Positions 17,742-25,104 of a stretch of DNA of 35,788 bases are shown in pieces. The position numbers and the translations under genes are program-made. Position 1 is the stretch's first letter. Each line of letters opens with the position of its first letter. The notes beneath the pieces are model-generated. The model was not told where the DNA came from, ran no database searches, and worked only from the letters and a program-made list of their open reading frames with translations. The DNA is from Minisyncoccia bacterium (GTDB taxonomy: Bacteria > Patescibacteriota > Minisyncoccia > Phycocordibacterales > UBA2100), in NCBI GenBank assembly GCA_049306055.1, contig JBAQPT010000094.1:1-35788 (forward strand), given 5' to 3'.

Positions 17742-18200
17742 ATGCGAAACGATCCCTTAACAATCCGACTCAAAAAAGATTCCGAATGGCAGGAGCCGTC
17801 GCCGCCGATTCGACCGTCGCATTTGCCACCGCCTTCCACGCCGCGCAGAGCGCGCCGCTCGTGGCAAGGGCCGATTCTCGCTGGCATCGCGCTTCTTGCG
17901 CTCCTGTGCGTCGGCTATTTAATCTATCGCGTTTTCTTTCTTGATGCAGAGGAACGTGAGGCGCGCGAGTCGCAAGAGCTGGTCGATACCGTCGGCATGC
18001 TCATGCTGCTTCCCGCGGATGAACAACCAACAATTGCAACCGTGACGGATCTCGAGAGCTTGCGTGATCAGGAGTTTTTCCGCTACGCCGAGCTCGGCGA
18101 CATCGTGCTCATGTATCCGAAAGCCCAGCGCGCAATTCTCTATAATCCGGACGAAAACAAAATCATCGAAGTAGCGCCGATTACGATCGACGTTCAATGA
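17742..18200 (+). CDS. Small N-terminally anchored hypothetical protein (Pro/Arg-rich cytoplasmic head)
   Basis: The TM is ILAGIALLALLCVGYLIYRVFF. The soluble part reads LVDTVGMLMLLPADEQPTIATVTDLESLRDQEFFRYAELGDIVLMYP. It starts 3 nt after the upstream stop. Confidence 0.65.
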   Translation: MRNDPLTIRLKKDSEWQEPSPPIRPSHLPPPSTPRRARRSWQGPILAGIALLALLCVGYLIYRVFFLDAEEREARESQELVDTVGMLMLLPADEQPTIATVTDLESLRDQEFFRYAELGDIVLMYPKAQRAILYNPDENKIIEVAPITIDVQ

Positions 18201-18201
18201 T

Positions 18202-19515
18202 ATGGTGCTTCGCCGCGCAGCCGCTTCAACACTCGTCGCCGCGCTCCTTGCGGCGCCACTTGCGTTTGCTGACGAAAGCGCGAGTCAGAATTTTCGCGTA
18301 CAAAACGCGGCATTTAATGATTTTGGCGGCGTCGCGACCTCGGCAAGTTTTCAGGCAGTGGGAAGCGGCGGGGAGCTCGCTAACACATCGAGCTCGACCA
18401 ATTTCACCCTCGACGCCGGGCATCTATATTTTGATTCGTTTACACCGCGCTCACACAATTGGCGCTGGTACGATGACGAGGAAAACGAAACGCCATCGAG
18501 CGCGTTCGCCGCAGAAAACACCGCGCCGAATACGATTGCTACCGCGAACGTGATTAAACTTCGTGTTTCTGTTGCTGAAGTCGCGGGCCTCAGTGCGAGT
18601 ACAACGAAATTCCGCCTTCAGTTTGCAACGTCATCTGGTTTTACTAGCGGCATGTTTGCCGATGAAATTGGTGATTGCGGCGGCGGGTCGGAATGGTGTT
18701 ACGCGGATGGTGCTGGCGTCGACAACGTACTCATCACGACGGCAACGCTCTCCGATGCTGATTCGTGCGTCGCGAGTGTGGGAGATGGATGCGGGACACA
18801 CAACGAATCAGGAACCACGACTTCCGCGTATACGCACACCGCATCAACAACAGCGGAATACGAATTCACTATTGCAGAGTCAGGAGCAACCGCAAACACG
18901 ACGTATTTTTTCCGACTCTATGATGTCGCGGCGAACATCGGCGTTCCACCAAACAGTGGTGAGACGTACCCAAGCGTCTCAACGGGCGGCGGCACGCTCT
19001 CATTTGCAGTCGCAGGCATTGCCTCGTCTACCGTGATTGAAGGCATAACGACTGATGTGGATACAACAGCGGACGAGGTTCCATTTGGAACGCTCGCGCT
19101 CGGAGCTACCACCACCGCTGCGCATCGCCTCACGCTCTCGACGAATGCGACAAATGGCTACCGCGTGTTCGTCTATGAACGTCAGCAGTTTCTCCAGCAA
19201 TCGAATGCCGCAATCGAGCCTGTCTCGGGGACGAATGCGTCGCCCGTGAGCTGGGAGAGTGGTTGCCCAGGCTCCGTTGCCGGATGCTACGGGTATCACA
19301 CAAGCGACGACGTCCTCGGAAGCGGGAATGCCGCGCGCTTCGCACCGGACAACACGTACGCCGGATTCAGCGGAGGTCCGGACGAAGTCGCCTATCACAG
19401 CGGGGCAGCGGAAAATCACGAAACCGACATCGTCTACCGTGTTGTCGCACGTGATGAACAAGAAGCGGGTGCGTATGAAAGCGCAATTGTGTTTATCGCA
19501 ACACCTGTCTTTTAA
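18202..19515 (+). CDS. Secreted Thr/Ser-rich beta-rich surface protein (fibre-like protein 2 of 3; WxL-like C-terminus)
   Basis: The signal peptide ends AAPLAFA. The N-terminal duplicated motif is SQNFRVQNAAFNDFGG / SASFQAVGSGGE / STNFTLDAG. The shared block is LSFAVAGI...VPFGTLALG...LTLSTNATNGYRVFV. The terminal strand is AGAYESAIVFIATPVF. Confidence 0.65.
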   Translation: MVLRRAAASTLVAALLAAPLAFADESASQNFRVQNAAFNDFGGVATSASFQAVGSGGELANTSSSTNFTLDAGHLYFDSFTPRSHNWRWYDDEENETPSSAFAAENTAPNTIATANVIKLRVSVAEVAGLSASTTKFRLQFATSSGFTSGMFADEIGDCGGGSEWCYADGAGVDNVLITTATLSDADSCVASVGDGCGTHNESGTTTSAYTHTASTTAEYEFTIAESGATANTTYFFRLYDVAANIGVPPNSGETYPSVSTGGGTLSFAVAGIASSTVIEGITTDVDTTADEVPFGTLALGATTTAAHRLTLSTNATNGYRVFVYERQQFLQQSNAAIEPVSGTNASPVSWESGCPGSVAGCYGYHTSDDVLGSGNAARFAPDNTYAGFSGGPDEVAYHSGAAENHETDIVYRVVARDEQEAGAYESAIVFIATPVF

Positions 19516-19523
19516 GCTCTGGT

Positions 19524-20825
19524 ATGCTTACTACAATGATTCGCATCGGTGCACTTCTTTCGCTTCTTGTTTTTGTGATGCCGTTCTTCGTGCATGCGGC
19601 GGATATGGAATTGACGCCGTTTGTGATTGATGAAAAAGCGAAGGCGCGCGACATCATCAAAAAAGAACTCACCATCCGCAACACGAGCAATCGCAAACTC
19701 AATTTGTATCCGGGCGTTAACGACGTCAATCCCGAAGACGGCAAGATCGTGTTCGTTTCCGCGGTCTCGGGCGAAGACCGCGAAGCATCGCTCGCAAATT
19801 GGATCGAACTCTCGCGCGGGGTTGTTGAACTCTCGCCCGGCGAGGAAAAAACGATGCCGTTTACGATTCGCGTGAATATGACCGCGCTTCCTGGCGTGTA
19901 CCACGCGGCGATTTCTTTTTCAGAAGGTTCGACGCGTACGTCGGCGGAACAAAATGGCGAGCTCGTTACCTTGATGGTGAATGTGGAAATTCTTGCTGAC
20001 ATCAAAGAGTCGCTGCAGCTGAATAAATTTGCGACCGACAACTTTTTCCTCTCCGGCGACGATGTTCTTTTCGACTATCAATTGGAGAATACCGGTAATC
20101 AAGCGCTGCAACCGAAAGGGGAAATCAGGATTTACGATCGGCGCGGCGAAGAAATCGCGGCGGTGGAAGTAAATGGCGACGGAAAATTAGTCGCGCCGGA
20201 AGAAGTCGCGCAGCTCGCATCGGTGTGGAGCGCGGTCCAAGGGTTTGGAAAATATAAAGCGATGCTGAACGTGGAATATGGCGAAAGCCAGCTGGCGTCG
20301 GTCCAAGACACCGTCTTTTTCTGGGTTGTGCCATGGAAGCAACTCGCTCTTATGCTTACCGTAACTCTTATTGCCGTCATTATTTTCGCGCTCTACTTCC
20401 ATCGTTGGCTTGAAGAGCGGCACATGCAAAAATTTGCGCTCGCTGCGGGAATTCCGATGCCACAACCACCTCCGCCGCAGGATCCGTCGGTTCATCGCCC
20501 GGGATTCTTCGGTCGTCTCGCGGCAAAGATAGCCCCACGAAAGTCTCCGCTCATGACTATGGCACAGACAGCGCCGCCAGTTGCGCACGTAGCACCTGCA
20601 CCTCCTCCGGCGGCGCCTGCTCCTGCCGCCCCAGTTGTACCGCACGCAACTGAACTCACGCCCGCACCAGAGCGGCCGACGCTCAAAGAAGCATTAGAGC
20701 GCTCGCCGACGCCGCACTTGGACTCGTACACCGGCAACGTCATCGATCTCAAACAGCGACACGAAGCAATTCGGAAGTCTGAAGTGCCGCAATCAAGCGT
20801 GATCAACCTCAAAAAGCGCTCATGA
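19524..20825 (+). CDS. DUF916/DUF3324-like two-domain membrane anchor (paralogue 2) with ~140-aa Pro/Ala-rich cytoplasmic tail
   Basis: The signal peptide ends FFVHA. First half: LANWIELSRGVVELSPGEEKTMPFTIRVNMTALPGVYHAAISF. Second half: LENTGNQALQPKGEIRIYD...FGKYKAML. The TM is LALMLTVTLIAVIIFALYF. The tail contains PMPQPPPPQDP...APAPPPAAPAPAAPVVP. Confidence 0.6.
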   Translation: MLTTMIRIGALLSLLVFVMPFFVHAADMELTPFVIDEKAKARDIIKKELTIRNTSNRKLNLYPGVNDVNPEDGKIVFVSAVSGEDREASLANWIELSRGVVELSPGEEKTMPFTIRVNMTALPGVYHAAISFSEGSTRTSAEQNGELVTLMVNVEILADIKESLQLNKFATDNFFLSGDDVLFDYQLENTGNQALQPKGEIRIYDRRGEEIAAVEVNGDGKLVAPEEVAQLASVWSAVQGFGKYKAMLNVEYGESQLASVQDTVFFWVVPWKQLALMLTVTLIAVIIFALYFHRWLEERHMQKFALAAGIPMPQPPPPQDPSVHRPGFFGRLAAKIAPRKSPLMTMAQTAPPVAHVAPAPPPAAPAPAAPVVPHATELTPAPERPTLKEALERSPTPHLDSYTGNVIDLKQRHEAIRKSEVPQSSVINLKKRS

Positions 20826-22066
20826 TCGTACGGGGGGTTATTGGATGCGCGGTCGTACTCGGTTTTTTTGCGGGGAGCGTCGAGGCGCAGTCGCTCGCCG
20901 TTACTGTTACGCCACCCTTGTTCCAACTGACGATCGGTCCCGGCGAAACGTGGGCGAGTTCGCTTAAAGTAGTCAATACGAATGCGTACGACGTTACGTA
21001 TTTTTCAGAAATTGTTGATTTTGCAGCGGAGGGCGAAGCAGGGAACGGACGATTTATTCCGATCGTTACTACTGGTGGTGCGCACACCCTTGGCAGCTGG
21101 ATCGAATTGCCGCAAGAATCGGTGGTGATCGGCGCGGGGGCGAGTGGGGAAATTCCCTTTACCGTGCGTATTCCTGCGGACGCATCACCAGGCGGACATT
21201 ATGCGGCGGTTCTTGTGGGAACGCGGCCGCCTGGGGATCAATTGACGGGCTCCGGCGTTTCTATTTCGAGCTTCGTTTCGTCGCTTCTCTTTGTCCGTAT
21301 CGAAGGTGACGTGCACGAGAGCGGACGTATCCGCGAATTTCGCTCCGACAGCACATGGTACGAGAATGCGCTCGCACAATTCGTACTCCGCTTTGAAAAT
21401 ACCGGCAACACGCACTTGCAGCCGCAAGGGGACATAACGATCTACAATATGTGGGGGAAGGAGCGTGGCAAGGTGGCCATCAATCAAAAAACCAATTTCG
21501 GTAACGTGCTTCCACAAAGCATTCGTCGGTTCGAGTTTTCATGGGACGGCGAGGAAGAAGCGTTTGACATCGGTCGCTACAGCGCCGTCGTGACGCTCGC
21601 ATATGGGGAAGATGGAAAACAGAATGTGACAGCAACGAATTATTTTTGGGTTGTACCCGTCGTACCCGTAGCAACGACGCTCGGCGGGCTTTTCGCACTC
21701 CTCATACTTATGACGTGGCTTATTCGTCGGTATATTCGCCGCGCACTGTCGCTTGAACGTGCGCGAATGGGCATTTCCGAGTCCAGCCCACCGACATCGC
21801 CATCAATCAGTACTTTCGTACAGCCGATTCGCGAAGGCGTTGTTGATCTCCGACGACTCTCCGGCGCCGTTCCCGCAACCCCAGCATCCGAGACTGCCGC
21901 AGCGCCGCTCACGACGGGTCAGTTTGTCGGAAGGTACCGTCTTTTCTTCGTCTTTCTTATTGTTGTCGTGATCGGCTGCATTGGCGCGTGGTATTACTTC
22001 GAAAAAGCGCTCGCGCCGGAGCGGGCGTTCGAAATTTCCGCGATTGACGTCGGGGAAGAGGAATAG
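20822..22066 (+). CDS. DUF916/DUF3324-like two-domain membrane anchor (paralogue 3) with a second C-terminal TM
   Basis: ATGA overlap with the upstream gene. The signal peptide ends FFAGSVEA. First half: LGSWIELPQESVVIGAGASGEIPFTVRIPADASPGGHYAAVL. Second half: FENTGNTHLQPQGDITIYN...IGRYSAVVTL. TM1 is LGGLFALLILMTWLI and TM2 is LFFVFLIVVVIGCIGAWYYF. Confidence 0.6.
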   Translation: MIVRGVIGCAVVLGFFAGSVEAQSLAVTVTPPLFQLTIGPGETWASSLKVVNTNAYDVTYFSEIVDFAAEGEAGNGRFIPIVTTGGAHTLGSWIELPQESVVIGAGASGEIPFTVRIPADASPGGHYAAVLVGTRPPGDQLTGSGVSISSFVSSLLFVRIEGDVHESGRIREFRSDSTWYENALAQFVLRFENTGNTHLQPQGDITIYNMWGKERGKVAINQKTNFGNVLPQSIRRFEFSWDGEEEAFDIGRYSAVVTLAYGEDGKQNVTATNYFWVVPVVPVATTLGGLFALLILMTWLIRRYIRRALSLERARMGISESSPPTSPSISTFVQPIREGVVDLRRLSGAVPATPASETAAAPLTTGQFVGRYRLFFVFLIVVVIGCIGAWYYFEKALAPERAFEISAIDVGEEE

Positions 22067-22354
22067 AGGCGCCGCCGTCCGTTTCGTGTACATGATGTAC
22101 GTATGAAGTCATGCGATGTCCAATGCGTGTCACGGACGTCGCGCCCAATATATGCCTCAACAGAGCGATATAAGAGTTATCCACAATCTCACGTTATTTC
22201 AAGACACTTGTCCAATATTATCGGATACAATGCGCCGTGTGGGGAAACCCACAATCGCGACATCAGCCCTTTGACGGAGAAAGAGCGTCAAGCGGTCTCT
22301 GGTTTGTGCGAGGAAACACAATACTAGCTAACCGATTTGTTACTTACCGTTCGT

Positions 22355-23539
22355 ATGAACATTTTTAATATCCGCACTGGAGCTGGGAAGATCAATCTGA
22401 CGATTCTCGCGCTTCTCTCCGTCCTCATCTGGGCAACAGGCGCACCGGCATTCCTTTCATCGGCAAATGCAGCCGCGCTTACGAACGTAAGTGATACTCT
22501 CACCGATTCCGATTTGAACGTAGCTTCAGCTCATCGATTGCTGTTCACAACAGTGACAGCGCTTGATGCTGACGACACGATCGAAATTTCTCTCGACCCA
22601 GGCAGCGATGGCGACGACGATGAATTCACCATCAACAACCTCGGCGCTACCGATTTTCATTCAACAACAACCGTTCGCGTCGTCGGTAACACGGTCGGCG
22701 CATGTACCGGTTCCGCAAGCGAATTGTACGTTTCCACCTCGACCGCTCCGGATGACAAAGTAACGCTCACGGTCTGTACTGGCGACAGCGTTACGCCGGG
22801 GATTATCGGCTTCACCATGGGCGCGACGTCGACTCCGAAAATTACGAACCCAAACAGCGTCGGCTCAGAAATCATTCTCATCCAGACACGCAACGAAGGT
22901 GGACAAGCATCAGCCGACATCATTGATAGTGCAGAAACCCGCGTCGCGATCATCGATGACGTGACGGTTACCGCGTCTGTCGATTCAACCTTTACCTTTA
23001 CGATTACCGGTGTCGCAAACGGGCAAGCAGTGAACGGCAGTGCTACGACAACGTCGACAACAACAACCGCGACACTCATTCCATTCGAAACACTCTCGCC
23101 AAATAGCTCGAAAGTCCTGGCGCAGGATCTTGCCGTAACGACTAACGCCGCAAACGGCTTTATCGTGACCGTTGTGCAAGATCAGAACCTCACCTCGTCA
23201 ACGGGCGCTGACATCGACCTCTTCACAAACGGCGCAACAACTTCTACGCCGATCGCATGGACAACACCGACGAATACCCTGAACCAAGAATGGACGTACG
23301 GTCACATTGGTATCACGAGTGAAGACGCAGACTTGAACAGCAACGAATTCGGCACTGACCTCTGGGCAGGTAACTTCCATCTTCCGCGTCAAGTCTTCAG
23401 CCACACCGGGCCATCGGATGGCTCTACGCCGAACCAAGGCTCGACACGCGTCGGCTACCAGATCGAGATCGACTCACTCCAAGAAGCGGCCAGTGACTAC
23501 ACCAACACGCTTACTTACGTCGCGACGCCGACATTCTAA
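22355..23539 (+). CDS. Secreted Thr/Ser-rich beta-rich surface protein (fibre-like protein 3 of 3; WxL-like C-terminus)
   Basis: ATG 22355 lies inside the TTG-started ORF 22337. Signal peptide INLTILALLSVLIWATGAPAFLSSANA. The N-domain NVSDTLTDSDLNVASAHRLLFTT...ITNPNSVGSEIILIQT is also seen in CDS 25105. The shared block is FTFTITGV...IPFETLSP...LAVTTNAANGFIVTV. The terminal strand is ASDYTNTLTYVATPTF. Confidence 0.7.
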   Translation: MNIFNIRTGAGKINLTILALLSVLIWATGAPAFLSSANAAALTNVSDTLTDSDLNVASAHRLLFTTVTALDADDTIEISLDPGSDGDDDEFTINNLGATDFHSTTTVRVVGNTVGACTGSASELYVSTSTAPDDKVTLTVCTGDSVTPGIIGFTMGATSTPKITNPNSVGSEIILIQTRNEGGQASADIIDSAETRVAIIDDVTVTASVDSTFTFTITGVANGQAVNGSATTTSTTTTATLIPFETLSPNSSKVLAQDLAVTTNAANGFIVTVVQDQNLTSSTGADIDLFTNGATTSTPIAWTTPTNTLNQEWTYGHIGITSEDADLNSNEFGTDLWAGNFHLPRQVFSHTGPSDGSTPNQGSTRVGYQIEIDSLQEAASDYTNTLTYVATPTF

Positions 23540-23549
23540 TGAATACTGC

Positions 23550-23577
23550 GCCATCGTTAGAGAATAAAAACGATGGC
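23550..23577 (+). terminator. 9-bp hairpin downstream of CDS 22355 (weak terminator candidate, no U-tract)
   Basis: GCCATCGTT (23550-23558) pairs with AACGATGGC (23569-23577) around a 10-nt A-rich loop. It begins 11 nt after the TAA stop. The missing T-run lowers confidence. Confidence 0.3.
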
Positions 23578-23627
23578 AGTGCAAGGAATACCTATGATAG
23601 ACTCGGATGTGTCATTCTGAACTCTGT

Positions 23628-24698
23628 ATGACCAACCGGATCACGGTATCCCTCGTACTTCTTCTCGCACCGTTTTTCGCGGTGCTTGCTCCGGCTTCGT
23701 ATGCTGTCGCGCAGGGCGTTGAAGGTCTTCAAATCAAGCCAGCAGTCATTGAAGATAGAGCCGATCCGGGAGAGACATACAACTTTACCGTAAACGTCAC
23801 GAACGTTTCCGAAACTGAGAGAACGTTCTACCTTACTGCACAAGACATTCGTGGGCTCGACGATCGCGGTAATCCGCTCTTCGCAGAGCCAGGTGAAGGT
23901 ACGCCCTACGAATTAAGCGGATGGGTGTCGTTCCCTGGGGCGTCAATTACGCTCAAGGGCGGCGAATCTCGCAATGTTCCGATCACGGTGCGCGTCCCAC
24001 GTGAGGCCGCTCCCGGATCGCACTTCGGTGGCGTCTTTTTTGACATCGAGCCGCAGCAGGCGGAATCAACGGGCGCTGCGATCGCGCTGCGTGTTGGCAG
24101 CATCATCGCACTCCGTATTTCAGGCGATACGACGGAAGATGCGCGGTTGCGCGAATTCTCCACAGAAAAGCGCATCTACAGCACTCCGAATGTCGGCTTT
24201 AATTCTCGCGTCGAAAACCTGGGAAATGTTCTCTTGCGTCCACACGGACTTATTGAAATTACCGACATGCGCGGAACGAACGTGGCGACGGTGCGCGTGA
24301 ACGACACCGGCGCGCCGATTTTCCCCGAAACCGATCGTGTCTTCACGACTTCGTGGAATCATGACGGCTTTGCATTCGGTCGCTACCAGGCGATTGTAAG
24401 TCTTGTCTACGGCGAAGACGAACGAAAGACGATTACCGGAACGACTGCGTTCTGGGTTCTCCCCTTGAAGCCGATTTTGACTGTACTTGGGACATTTCTC
24501 GGTATCGCACTCGTTCTCTACTTGTACATCCGTATGTACATCCGACGTAAGCTTGGCGAAATGGGCGGCAATCGATCGAACGCTGATTACTACGAGCGTC
24601 GCTATCAACGATCGGCGTCGCGCATGATGTTGGTCACTGCTGCAATTTTTGTCATCGCCGTTGTCTTCCTTGCACTTCTGTTCGTGATGTTTGCGTAG
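23628..24698 (+). CDS. DUF916/DUF3324-like two-domain membrane anchor (paralogue 4) with two C-terminal TMs
   Basis: ATG 23628 gives the signal peptide MTNRITVSLVLLLAPFFAVLAPASYAVA. First half: LSGWVSFPGASITLKGGESRNVPITVRVPREAAPGSHFGGVFF. Second half: VENLGNVLLRPHGLIEITD...FGRYQAIVSL. The TMs are ILTVLGTFLGIALVLYLYI and MMLVTAAIFVIAVVFLALLFVMF. Confidence 0.6.
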   Translation: MTNRITVSLVLLLAPFFAVLAPASYAVAQGVEGLQIKPAVIEDRADPGETYNFTVNVTNVSETERTFYLTAQDIRGLDDRGNPLFAEPGEGTPYELSGWVSFPGASITLKGGESRNVPITVRVPREAAPGSHFGGVFFDIEPQQAESTGAAIALRVGSIIALRISGDTTEDARLREFSTEKRIYSTPNVGFNSRVENLGNVLLRPHGLIEITDMRGTNVATVRVNDTGAPIFPETDRVFTTSWNHDGFAFGRYQAIVSLVYGEDERKTITGTTAFWVLPLKPILTVLGTFLGIALVLYLYIRMYIRRKLGEMGGNRSNADYYERRYQRSASRMMLVTAAIFVIAVVFLALLFVMFA

Positions 24699-24704
24699 GC
24701 GGGT

Positions 24705-25082
24705 ATGCGGGCATTGAGGAGTACTCCCGCGACAACCTTCGCCCTTACGGTTGCCGGAGTTCTCATAGCGTACGGTCTTCCGAGCGCTCCAGAAGTTGCA
24801 AACACTATTAGTGCGACGGCGAGCGCAGTCGTCGGCGTTACCGCGGCAGTCGGGGAAAATCCCGATAATGCACTTGCCGAAGCTTTGCGCGCGAAAGAAG
24901 ACGAGCTTGCCGCGCGTGAGAGGAATCTCGATGCGCGCACGCCGTCGCCGCGGGAGAGCGATCCGCTCGCGATGTACAGTTTGATTCTGGGGTCGGTGCT
25001 TTTTGCGCTTGTCGCGGTCAATTTTTTCTTCGATTTTCGACGACGACGCACTCCGTCCGGTACTATCTCGCTCCGCACCTGA
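24705..25082 (+). CDS. Small bitopic/hairpin membrane protein, hypothetical
   Basis: It has an N-terminal hydrophobic segment (FALTVAGVLIAYGL) and a short charged helix (ALAEALRAKEDELAARERNLD). The C-terminal TM is MYSLILGSVLFALVAVNFFF, followed by RRRR. Confidence 0.55.
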   Translation: MRALRSTPATTFALTVAGVLIAYGLPSAPEVANTISATASAVVGVTAAVGENPDNALAEALRAKEDELAARERNLDARTPSPRESDPLAMYSLILGSVLFALVAVNFFFDFRRRRTPSGTISLRT

Positions 25083-25104
25083 AATACTGTGCGATACTGT
25101 GCGT

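Noticed and set aside
22103-22327. 74-aa plus-strand ORF in the long gap before CDS 22355
   Set aside because: It has no signal peptide, no motif, odd composition and no RBS-like context. The region is better explained as promoter, leader and structured RNA. Not fully excluded.
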